Source: a virus
Taxonomy: Duplodnaviria; Caudoviricetes
Strand: one strand, 5' to 3'
DNA length: 41,805 bases
IMG/VR virus record: IMGVR_UViG_3300011434_000011
Span: 1-41,805 of that record
In this document: positions 7,288 through 14,915 of the stretch, piece after piece
How positions within the stretch are numbered: position 1 is the first letter of the stretch
Layout of the letters: every line of letters starts with the position of its first letter
Translations under genes and position numbers: made by a program
Notes under the pieces: model-generated
Seen by the model: the letters and a program-made list of their open reading frames with translations, nothing else
Databases searched by the model: none
Told to the model about the DNA's origin: nothing

Positions 7288-8054
7288 GCGTCGTTCCCCT
7301 CTATGCCTCCCTCCGCACGAAGCCGCCCGCGTGGACCATCTTCCCGCTGGCGCGCGAGAGGACCATCACGATCCTGGCCGCGGAGCCGGGAGCAGGAAAG
7401 ACAACGTTGCTACTATGGGCTACAGTCGCGGCTGCTCAGGGGAAGGCCATGCTCGCTTCTGCCCAGACCCATACCCCTGCGCGCCCGTTGCGCACGCTCT
7501 ACTTTGCTTTGGATGGGCCAGCATACGACTACCAATATCTCGTCAACCGCGTCTGCGCGGGGCAGGCGCTCGTGCCATCTCGTGGGACGCCTTTCCTCTT
7601 CTGCCACAAGCGGGTGGACGTACTCGTCCCCGGTGAGCTAGAAAAAGTCCTCGAGGCCGCGGAGAAAACAGAGCATGACCACGAGCCGGTCGACGTTGTG
7701 GTCTTCGATGCCATCCGCGCCATCCACACGGGGGACGAGAATGATAGCAGCCACATGTCCAAGGTGACGAAGCGGCTGCGGGACCTCGCCGAGAGCGGCC
7801 CGGCCATCATTCTCACGCACCACTTCGCCAAGCCCTCGAAGGACCCGAAGGCCCAGGTCCGGGGGCTGGGCGCCATGCGCGGATCGACCATCCTCGACAC
7901 CGACCTCGACATGCAGATTCATCTATCGCGCATCGATGACGCGCCCGAGACGTTCCGCCGGCTGGAGTGGGCGAAGGGCAGAGGCGCGGACGTGCCGCGC
8001 GTGATGGCCTTCACCATCCGCACCGACGCAGATGTTATCACGGTGACGCAATGA
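7284..8054 (+). CDS. RecA-fold AAA_25/RepA-type replicative helicase
   Basis: Walker A AAEPGAGKT, Walker B VVVFD, DEND, ILTHHFAK, RGST motifs. Confidence 0.85.
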   Translation: MSVVPLYASLRTKPPAWTIFPLARERTITILAAEPGAGKTTLLLWATVAAAQGKAMLASAQTHTPARPLRTLYFALDGPAYDYQYLVNRVCAGQALVPSRGTPFLFCHKRVDVLVPGELEKVLEAAEKTEHDHEPVDVVVFDAIRAIHTGDENDSSHMSKVTKRLRDLAESGPAIILTHHFAKPSKDPKAQVRGLGAMRGSTILDTDLDMQIHLSRIDDAPETFRRLEWAKGRGADVPRVMAFTIRTDADVITVTQ

Positions 8055-8188
8055 TAATGTTTCTCCGTGTCGATGGGGCTAGCTACGTTCCTAAGTGCTG
8101 GTACTACATGTATTACCGCGGGGGCTCGTTCAGCATACGCCGCCGGTGGCTCGGCGTTGGCTTTACCATCCAAGGGCTGAGGACATGA
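8051..8188 (+). CDS. micro-ORF family member (45 aa)
   Basis: MIMFLRVDGASYVPKCWYYMYYRGGSFSIRRRWLGVGFTIQGLRT; ATGA overlaps on both sides. Confidence 0.55.
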   Translation: MIMFLRVDGASYVPKCWYYMYYRGGSFSIRRRWLGVGFTIQGLRT

Positions 8189-8322
8189 AGCGCATCCGCC
8201 GTTGCCACCATTGGTGCGCTGCTACGGACGTCGCGGTCTTCGATGCCCCAAGTAGCGCCACGCCCTACTACATGATCGGCTTCAACCTCGGGTTTGATGC
8301 TCTTGTGGAACTCTACAGATGA
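8185..8322 (+). CDS. micro-ORF family member (45 aa)
   Basis: GAGGA RBS; MKRIRRCHHWCAATDVAVFDAPSSATPYYMIGFNLGFDALVELYR; ATGA overlaps on both sides. Confidence 0.55.
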   Translation: MKRIRRCHHWCAATDVAVFDAPSSATPYYMIGFNLGFDALVELYR

Positions 8323-8462
8323 CACTGTCACGCGTGCCATACAGGGCCTGGGACCGTTGGGCCTACCAGCCGAAGATATCTGCGCTCTTATCTGTGCGCT
8401 TGACTATCCCGCCGCTTGGCGCTACTCTTTGGAACATCGGCGGCAACGACTTTGATAATTAA
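8319..8462 (+). CDS. micro-ORF family member (47 aa)
   Basis: MTLSRVPYRAWDRWAYQPKISALLSVRLTIPPLGATLWNIGGNDFDN; ATGA overlap. Confidence 0.55.
   Translation: MTLSRVPYRAWDRWAYQPKISALLSVRLTIPPLGATLWNIGGNDFDN
8400..8428 (+). promoter_or_regulatory. putative sigma-70 promoter for the replication operon
   Basis: TTGACT-17 nt-TACTCT, upstream of the nuclease TTG at 8452. Confidence 0.5.
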
Positions 8463-9252
8463 CATCTCGTCCGTCAACCTCTACACCAAGTGCCCGCGTA
8501 AGTGGGGGTACTCGGTCCTCGGTTACAATGAGCCGGAAACCGCGGCGATGCGAGAGGGCACGGCATTCCACGAGGCTTGCGCCCTCAGCCAGGCCCCCCC
8601 GGAGCATGCGCCTGGCTGGATGCTGGCTGCGTGGGAGGCTGCCCAGGCCTGGCAGGCCGCGCACCCCGAAGTCGAGGTCATTGGCAACGAGATGGAGCTT
8701 GAGGCCCCGTTCGGCCGGCACACCTTGAAGGGGCGCCTCGACCGCATCGTCCGGTGGAACGGGCTCTACTGGCACTGGCAGTGGAAGACCGCGGCGGCCA
8801 ACAAGAACCTCGAGGCCTATACCCGGCTGATTGCCCGCTCGTTCCACGAGCACGGCTATCGGCACCTGGCGATCCACGCCGGCTACGTGCCCTACGGCGG
8901 CTCGTGGCTGGGCGTAGCGCGGAAGCACTCGCAAGCTGCGCTTGATCGGGGGGAGAACCCCCTGTTCGTCACGCCCCTGCCGACAGGATCCAACAACGCT
9001 TCCCTGCTCGCAGACCTCGAGACCCACATCGACGCCATGGCGGAGTGGGAGACAAAGGCCCTGGCCGGCGGCGCGCTGCCGCCCCAGGCGCCAGAGCACT
9101 GCGGGGGATTCTATGGAAACTCGCCTTGCCACTTCCTTGACGTTTGCGACGGCCGTGTGGGCCTTACTGCCGTTGCCCCCCGGGTGTTTCCGGTACATGT
9201 TCGCCAAGAGGCCCCCCGCGATCCGGGGAACGCACTGCCTCCGACCACTTGA
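8452..9252 (+). CDS. PD-(D/E)XK Cas4/AddB-like exonuclease with Fe-S Cys motif
   Basis: SSVNLYTKCPRK, GTAFH, E.ELE, GRLD...QWKT, C-terminal C.......PC.F.DVC; TTG start inferred. Confidence 0.8.
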   Translation: MIINISSVNLYTKCPRKWGYSVLGYNEPETAAMREGTAFHEACALSQAPPEHAPGWMLAAWEAAQAWQAAHPEVEVIGNEMELEAPFGRHTLKGRLDRIVRWNGLYWHWQWKTAAANKNLEAYTRLIARSFHEHGYRHLAIHAGYVPYGGSWLGVARKHSQAALDRGENPLFVTPLPTGSNNASLLADLETHIDAMAEWETKALAGGALPPQAPEHCGGFYGNSPCHFLDVCDGRVGLTAVAPRVFPVHVRQEAPRDPGNALPPTT

Positions 9253-10039
9253 CGCCGCGCGGTTCATGCGCGCATGCGAAGGATGGGATGTCTACATACA
9301 GCTTAACCCCTGCGCAACGCCGGGCCTGGTTCGTCCATCTGCGCGAGATGTTACGGCCCTGCAGTGTCTGCTTGTGGACTGCGACCCTGTCGTGGCCCCA
9401 CCCGGCCGGCCGGCTGCGGGTTGGGCTTGGGCTCCCTCGGCTCCTGCCACCACTGTTGACTCTGGGCGCGGACGACAATTTTGGATCCGCTTTGACCCCC
9501 CTGCCCCGGCGGACGCTTGGCCGCGCGTTGCGCAGTTTCTTCGGGAACTGGCGCCGCCTGCGGGTGTAAGAATCGATGCGACGTACGACCTTCCGCGCCT
9601 GGCGAGGATGCCTGGGACGGTCAACTCACGGACGGGTCGCCAGGCGCGGATTGTTTCGGTGGGACCGCCCGTAGCGCCCGCATGGCTCGAGCGCTTTCAG
9701 CCGGCAGAACGTGAGGAACCTCGAGCATGGGCGGGGCGCCTTGCGGACGTGATGCCGGCACTGACGCGCCGGGCAGCAGACTTCGTGCTGTTCGGGGCCG
9801 ACGAGGGCGAACGCCATGCGGCGTGCTACGCGGCGGCTGTATCGCTGAGGGAGGCAGGCGCGACGCCGGACGTGGCGTGGGACGCACTGCTCCGGGGGGC
9901 TGCCAAGTGCGGCCTCGACGACGACGATGTGTTGAAGGTGTGGCGCCGCATGTTCGGCGCAGGGAGGGGCTATGAGGGAAGTGACGCCAGGGCTGGGGCC
10001 GGAACGGATTCTTCTGTACGGGGCCCCGAAGCTCGGTAA
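9113..10039 (+). CDS. AEP-superfamily (RepB'-like) DNA primase with PriCT-like C-terminus
   Basis: LLVDCD (motif I), DSGRGRQFW (II), ID...DLPRLARMPGTVN (III), GERHAACY; ATG 9113 after GGGGGA; start uncertain. Confidence 0.75.
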   Translation: METRLATSLTFATAVWALLPLPPGCFRYMFAKRPPAIRGTHCLRPLDAARFMRACEGWDVYIQLNPCATPGLVRPSARDVTALQCLLVDCDPVVAPPGRPAAGWAWAPSAPATTVDSGRGRQFWIRFDPPAPADAWPRVAQFLRELAPPAGVRIDATYDLPRLARMPGTVNSRTGRQARIVSVGPPVAPAWLERFQPAEREEPRAWAGRLADVMPALTRRAADFVLFGADEGERHAACYAAAVSLREAGATPDVAWDALLRGAAKCGLDDDDVLKVWRRMFGAGRGYEGSDARAGAGTDSSVRGPEAR

Positions 10040-10763
10040 GACCCGGCTCGCGACCGCGCTGCCGTGGGGCGAGCCCCCGTGGGGCGACCGTGCCCTGTAC
10101 GTGGCGTGGGACCCGAACGCAGACCAGCTGCGCTCGGTCATGCCCGAGGACGCGGCGCACCTGACCGTGATCCAGCCCCGCGGGGAGCGGGGTAAGCCGT
10201 GGGACCCGTGGCTCGCGGCCTCGGCGATCGCGACCAAGGAGTGGCCGGACGTCTCGACGATCATCTGGGACACCATCAGCCAGACCGCGCAGGACGTGCT
10301 CGCGTTCTACGCCTCGCAGCTGCGGTTCCCCAACGAGGCGACCCAGATCGGCATCCCCGGCTCGAAGGCCCACCACGTGATCCCGGCGCGCGGGGACTAC
10401 CGCGACGTCAACACGTCGGTCGGCCACCACCTGCTCAACTTCCTCTTCGAGCGCCCGTACAACCTGATCGTCGTCGCCCACGAGGAGTGGGATAAGCCCG
10501 ACGACGGGAACGCCGAGGCCTTTGGCGGCCCGGTGCTCGCGGGCAAGGGCAGCGTCCGGCTACTGGCCGGCAAGTTCGATAGCGTTATTCGCATCCAGTC
10601 GAAGAGAATGGGGGCGAAGACCGAGTACGTCGCGCGAGCGAACTCGCACGGCGCGTGGAGGTGCGGCGTCCGGTCCACGGTGCCGCTGGAGGACCAGACC
10701 CTGTCCGTCCGACCGACGGATTTCTGGCGGACCTATACGGCCGCCGTGAGGAGAACTGCATGA
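9972..10763 (+). CDS. AAA_24 / Sak4-like ATPase (recombination/annealing)
   Basis: LLYGAPKLGKT, IIWDTIS, IVVAHE, GP.LAGK; GGGAGG RBS. Confidence 0.8.
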   Translation: MREVTPGLGPERILLYGAPKLGKTRLATALPWGEPPWGDRALYVAWDPNADQLRSVMPEDAAHLTVIQPRGERGKPWDPWLAASAIATKEWPDVSTIIWDTISQTAQDVLAFYASQLRFPNEATQIGIPGSKAHHVIPARGDYRDVNTSVGHHLLNFLFERPYNLIVVAHEEWDKPDDGNAEAFGGPVLAGKGSVRLLAGKFDSVIRIQSKRMGAKTEYVARANSHGAWRCGVRSTVPLEDQTLSVRPTDFWRTYTAAVRRTA

Positions 10764-11317
10764 TGGCCAATCCCTACGTCACTGACCCGCGCTTCCGCGC
10801 CCTGTACGACTCGCTGGGCTCGCGGACGCTGACCGTCCCGATGTCCGCGCGCACGACGCGTACGGGCGGCCGGACGTGGCAGGAAGCGTTCAGCATCACC
10901 AAGCTCGCGGTCGAGCGCCCGGGCGTCAAGAAGCCGGACATGGAGGGCGACGACACCTACAACGTGGCGCTGTCGCTGAAGATCAAGCCCGAATCGACGC
11001 AGGACGACGTCACGTCGCCGAACGTCAGCCGGGAGATCACACAGGACATGCGCTTCAACTTCCCGACGCTCCTGCGCGGGATCGAGAGCGGGAATGTGGC
11101 CGGCCAGGCGAAGATGACCGAGATGGCCGCGCGCACGTTCAAGAGCCTGGTCGTGGCCCTCGGCTTCGACCCCGATTTTGGCATGGACCCGGAGGCCTTC
11201 GTCGACGAGCACGGCCAGGACGCCATCGGCGCGACTGTCCTCGGTATCGTCTCGCAGGCCCAGAACAAGGAAGGCGAGCTCCAGGACGAGGTCCGCACCT
11301 TCTTCGTGGAGAGCTAG
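10760..11317 (+). CDS. probable single-stranded DNA-binding protein
   Basis: GAGGAG RBS; follows the Sak4-like gene, the usual SSB position; beta-rich with acidic/aromatic tail. Confidence 0.45.
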   Translation: MMANPYVTDPRFRALYDSLGSRTLTVPMSARTTRTGGRTWQEAFSITKLAVERPGVKKPDMEGDDTYNVALSLKIKPESTQDDVTSPNVSREITQDMRFNFPTLLRGIESGNVAGQAKMTEMAARTFKSLVVALGFDPDFGMDPEAFVDEHGQDAIGATVLGIVSQAQNKEGELQDEVRTFFVES

Positions 11318-11319
11318 CC

Positions 11320-11829
11320 ATGACCGCCGGCACCGATCAGTACTTCCCGAGCGCGGGCGACTCGGCAGCGCACGTGCCGAACGTCAGCGCGCGGGAGTTC
11401 CTGGGCCAGGGCGCCATCAGGATGGGTACCACCGGAGCCGTGCGGGATGCGCGCCAGGGGAAGGGGAGGTTTGACCTCCTCTTCCTCGGCTTCGCCATCG
11501 CGCTGCGGCGCCTCGCGGAGCACTGCGAGGCCGGGGCGATCAAGTACAGCGACCGGAATTGGGAGTACGGCCAGCCGCTCTCCTGGTTCCTTGACAGCGG
11601 AACGCGCCACGCCGCCAGCTGGGCGGCGGGCATGGGGGATGAGGACCATCTAAAGGCGGCGGCATGGAACTTCATGGCGGCACTCGAGACCCGGGAGCGG
11701 ATCAAAGAGGGGCTGCTGCCGGAGGCCCTCGACGACCTCGCGCTGCCGCTCGCTGCCGACGCGCAAGCCAGACATGGCGATGCGATGCCGCTGCCGAAGT
11801 GGGCGGGTCCCTATGTCGGCGACACCTAG
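11320..11829 (+). CDS. dATP/dGTP diphosphohydrolase domain protein (DUF5664-like)
   Basis: TGAVRD..GKGRFDLL, GAIKYSDRNWEYG, DS..RH, EDHL.AAAWN. Confidence 0.85.
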   Translation: MTAGTDQYFPSAGDSAAHVPNVSAREFLGQGAIRMGTTGAVRDARQGKGRFDLLFLGFAIALRRLAEHCEAGAIKYSDRNWEYGQPLSWFLDSGTRHAASWAAGMGDEDHLKAAAWNFMAALETRERIKEGLLPEALDDLALPLAADAQARHGDAMPLPKWAGPYVGDT

Positions 11830-12236
11830 ATAGCAACAGGGAGAGGGGGAGGCGGTGGTGGAGACGGAAAGCGGAGGATCCGCGGTGGCTGGCACGGCGG
11901 ATCCTCGTCCGCTACGGGCTCGAGCCCACCGCGTTCCTGGTTTCGACATTAGCTGGACCAGCGGCGTCGTGTTCTATATGCCGGGTGCCAATGTGGTTTC
12001 TGTCTCGGCGTCGCCGTTCTGGCGGACCCTGGCCGTTCTGGATTTCGGAGAACTGCTGGCGCCGGCTGACGGTTGACCACATCGATCCCTGGGGCCCGCG
12101 CGACAGCGTCGCGAACATCCGGCCCCTTTGCATGGCGTGCCAGGTCCACCGGGGTAAGGCGCGGCTCTCGGACGCTCAAGTGAGAGAGGTGGTGCTACGG
12201 GAATGGTCGAGGCTGTACGGCAGGCTTCCTTGGTAG
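11664..12236 (+). CDS. HNH endonuclease (start uncertain, 11664 or 11799)
   Basis: CSIC...LTVDHIDP...NIRPLCMAC; second Asn/His positions diverged (CQVHRG). Confidence 0.7.
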   Translation: MELHGGTRDPGADQRGAAAGGPRRPRAAARCRRASQTWRCDAAAEVGGSLCRRHLDSNRERGRRWWRRKAEDPRWLARRILVRYGLEPTAFLVSTLAGPAASCSICRVPMWFLSRRRRSGGPWPFWISENCWRRLTVDHIDPWGPRDSVANIRPLCMACQVHRGKARLSDAQVREVVLREWSRLYGRLPW

Positions 12237-12364
12237 CGCTCGAGGCGGCTCATTACTTCGTTATGAGAGAGGTCGACATGAAGGCCGACTCAATCAACAG
12301 CTACAACGGGCCACGCAACGACATTGGCGCGACACTCCGCGTCCGGGGCGAGGTTGATGGCTAG
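12230..12364 (+). CDS. probable micro-ORF family member (44 aa)
   Basis: TTG start; MVALEAAHYFVMREVDMKADSINSYNGPRNDIGATLRVRGEVDG; fills the gap exactly; DIGATL resembles PLGATL of 8319. Confidence 0.45.
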   Translation: MVALEAAHYFVMREVDMKADSINSYNGPRNDIGATLRVRGEVDG

Positions 12365-13454
12365 AGCCACGGGCGACCCCGGGGCGCCCATCATGGTCAT
12401 CGGCGAAGGCTTGGGCAAGGAGGAGATGCGGGACGGCATCCCCTTCGTGGGCCAGTCCGGCAAGATGCTCTGGGGGGTGTGTCACGAGGCCGGCTTCAGC
12501 CGCGCCGATTGCTTCGTCACGAACGTGAACCAGTCGGGCGCGTCGCTCAAGGCGGCGGACCTGGCCCTCGAGCGCCCCCGCCTGGAAGCGGAACTCCGGG
12601 CCTCGGGCGCACGCATCCTCTTCCTGATTGGGGGCATCTCGTTCAAGGCTGTCACGGGCGGCCTCGTGCTGCCAGACGGCAAGGTGAACGCCGGGGTCAC
12701 GGGGCTCCGGGGGTACCTCTTCCTGCCCTCGGACTTCGGCCCCACGTTCGTGCGGCGCCAGGTCCAGACCGGGACGTACAAAACCTCGAGGGCCGGGAAG
12801 TACACCAAGGGCGACCCCAAGTTCGCCATGAAGCGCCTCCCGGAGCCCCGGCCCCTGCCCCCCAACGTCGAGTGGATCATCCCGGCGATCCACCCGGCGA
12901 ACATCATGCGGCAGGAGTTCGAGACCCTGCCGGCCCTGCGGACGGACGCGGCGCGCGTGGGGCGGGCGCTCCGGGGCGAGCTCGCCGTGATCGACCCGGC
13001 GACGCTGCCGTTCCACGAGACGCCCGTCGCCCTCGCCGGCAAGGTCGTGGCGGTGGACATCGAGACGCCCGGCCGGGACTGCGACGACATCTGCCGCGTT
13101 GGGGCATCAGACGGGACGACGACGTGGTCGGACGAGTGGAATCCGACGTCTCGCGCAGCGATCGCGAACCTGTTCGCGGACGAGAGCTTAACGATTGTCA
13201 TCCACAACGCGGCCTTCGACCTGCCACGCCTCGAGCTCGCGGGCGTGCCGTGGCTCCGGGGGCGGCTGTGGGACTCGATGTACGCGGCGCAACTTCTTGC
13301 GCCTGCCCTCCTCAAGGGCCTGGGCAAGACCGCGACGATGCATCTGGACCTGCGGCCCTGGAAGCACGAGAACATCTCGCACCCGGCGCGGTACAACGCG
13401 ATGGATGCGTACGTGGAAGCGCGCTTGGCGCTCGAGCAGATGAGGTTGATGTGA
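12357..13454 (+). CDS. uracil-DNA glycosylase (family 4-like) fused to PolA 3'-5' exonuclease; N-terminal half of a split DNA polymerase
   Basis: MVIGEG.G.EE..G.PFVG.SG, TNV, IHPA (UDG); VAVDIET, HNAAFDL, RYNAMDA (Exo I-III); SPO1-polymerase-like architecture. Confidence 0.88.
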   Translation: MARATGDPGAPIMVIGEGLGKEEMRDGIPFVGQSGKMLWGVCHEAGFSRADCFVTNVNQSGASLKAADLALERPRLEAELRASGARILFLIGGISFKAVTGGLVLPDGKVNAGVTGLRGYLFLPSDFGPTFVRRQVQTGTYKTSRAGKYTKGDPKFAMKRLPEPRPLPPNVEWIIPAIHPANIMRQEFETLPALRTDAARVGRALRGELAVIDPATLPFHETPVALAGKVVAVDIETPGRDCDDICRVGASDGTTTWSDEWNPTSRAAIANLFADESLTIVIHNAAFDLPRLELAGVPWLRGRLWDSMYAAQLLAPALLKGLGKTATMHLDLRPWKHENISHPARYNAMDAYVEARLALEQMRLM

Positions 13455-13585
13455 GCATTATCGAACACGGAAGGGAAGCGCACCTGCCTGCGCGACAGTG
13501 GCGTAACAAGTACATTCCCATAGGTGCCGCCAGGGGCTCCGTTGTCCTTGGGCTCGCTTTCTCGACTTGGGACTCGCTTCAATGA
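13451..13585 (+). CDS. micro-ORF family member inside the split polymerase (44 aa)
   Basis: GTGA overlap, GAGG RBS; MSIIEHGREAHLPARQWRNKYIPIGAARGSVVLGLAFSTWDSLQ. Confidence 0.55.
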   Translation: MSIIEHGREAHLPARQWRNKYIPIGAARGSVVLGLAFSTWDSLQ

Positions 13586-13749
13586 CTGCCGTCGTCGCAG
13601 CCTGCGCGCCTGCCGAGCGCCTGCGCGGCGCGATGCCGTGGCCGGGCCTGGTGCGGATCGGTTCGTTCTCGAGCCCGGTGATCAGTATGCTGCACCGCAT
13701 CCCCGCAACCGGCGACTTCTTCTTCAGGGAATCCTGGGAGTCCGCATGA
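13582..13749 (+). CDS. micro-ORF family member inside the split polymerase (55 aa)
   Basis: ATGA overlaps on both sides; MTAVVAACAPAERLRGAMPWPGLVRIGSFSSPVISMLHRIPATGDFFFRESWESA. Confidence 0.5.
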   Translation: MTAVVAACAPAERLRGAMPWPGLVRIGSFSSPVISMLHRIPATGDFFFRESWESA

Positions 13750-14915
13750 TCCGCGTTTTCGAGACCATGATGGCCGCGCTGCCAACGCTGATCGAGGCCA
13801 CTCGACGCGGCATCCGCGTCGACCCGGTGTACGCTGAAAAGTGGCGGGGCGAGCTCCGTATGAAGCTCCAGGCCCTGCACGCGCAGTGGCCGTACCCCGA
13901 CGTGGATCCGGGCTCGTCGCGCCAGGTGGCGAACCTCCTCTACACTAGGCTGAACCTGCCCCCCAGCTTCACCGACAAGGGTGGGTACTCGGCCGACGCG
14001 AACGCGATCCGGGCTGCGATGGCGGCAGCCCCCCCGGAGCACATGGACGTGCTCCGCTTGCTCTTGGACATGCGGGAATCGCAGACGAGCCTTTCGACCT
14101 TCGCGGGTCTGACGGTATCGCGCGTCCACCCGCAGTTTCTGCCGCAGGACAAGGACGAGGACGAGGAGAAAGCGGGCGACAAGGGCCAGGGCGCAGGCAC
14201 CGGGCGCATCCAGCCCCGTCGTCCTAACACGGCACAACAGCCGGACGACGCCCGCTTTCTCTTTATCCCCGACGAGGGGATGGTCCTCGCGTACTTGGAC
14301 TGGCACTCCGCGGAGGGCCGGGTTGAGTGCGCGTTGTCGCATGACTCCGCGCTGCTGCTTGCCATCGAGGGCGACCTGCACTCGGTGCTTGAGCGGGAGA
14401 TGGGCATCGACCGCACGCGCGCGAAGAACGTGTACTACGGCACGGGCCGAGGCGCCGGCCCCAGGAAGCTGGTGAAGACGCTCCGGGGGAAGGGCTTCTA
14501 CACCACCGAGGCGGAGATGGTCCTGGCCCAGGCGAAGCTGAACACGGCCTTCCCGCAGTGGGCCCACTGGCGGGCTGCGGAGCACATGGCCGCGCGCTCG
14601 ACCCGGGTGATCACGAATCCGTTCGGCCGGCGGTGGCACATCCACCACCCCTCGGTGGCGCGTAAGGCCGTCGCGCGGATCGTGCAGTCGGCCGTGGCGG
14701 ACATGCTCTGGCGGGTCCTGGCGCAGTGGCCCAAGCCGGCCCAGCTGCTGACCCCCGTCCACGACGCGGTGCTGGCGCAGCTGCCGCACCCGGACGTGGC
14801 CCTGGAGCTCAAGGCCGTTATGGAGCAGGTATTTGACGAAATCGCCCCGGGGTTCCGCGTGCCCGTTAAGGTGGCCGTGGGCGCCCCCGGAGCCAGCTGG
14901 GGAGACCTCAAGTGA
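13746..14915 (+). CDS. polA: DNA polymerase family A, polymerase domain
   Basis: GIRVD, SSRQV..LLY..L.LP, TGR...PN, motif A LDWHSAEGRV, motif B RTRAKNVYYG, FGRR, VQSAVAD, motif C VHDA; GGGAG RBS. Confidence 0.9.
   Translation: MIRVFETMMAALPTLIEATRRGIRVDPVYAEKWRGELRMKLQALHAQWPYPDVDPGSSRQVANLLYTRLNLPPSFTDKGGYSADANAIRAAMAAAPPEHMDVLRLLLDMRESQTSLSTFAGLTVSRVHPQFLPQDKDEDEEKAGDKGQGAGTGRIQPRRPNTAQQPDDARFLFIPDEGMVLAYLDWHSAEGRVECALSHDSALLLAIEGDLHSVLEREMGIDRTRAKNVYYGTGRGAGPRKLVKTLRGKGFYTTEAEMVLAQAKLNTAFPQWAHWRAAEHMAARSTRVITNPFGRRWHIHHPSVARKAVARIVQSAVADMLWRVLAQWPKPAQLLTPVHDAVLAQLPHPDVALELKAVMEQVFDEIAPGFRVPVKVAVGAPGASWGDLK

Noticed and set aside
8452-9252. CRISPR-associated cas4
   Set aside because: No other cas genes or array; the context (Sak4-like ATPase, SSB) indicates a phage recombination exonuclease.
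13452-13745. Group I/II intron or intein in the polymerase
   Set aside because: No recognisable intron core, no internal homing endonuclease and no intein termini. The gap is fully explained by two coupled ORFs. An Infernal search would be decisive.
11320-14915. 2-aminoadenine (Z-genome) system
   Set aside because: No PurZ or HD-domain DatZ is visible; DUF5664 alone is not diagnostic.
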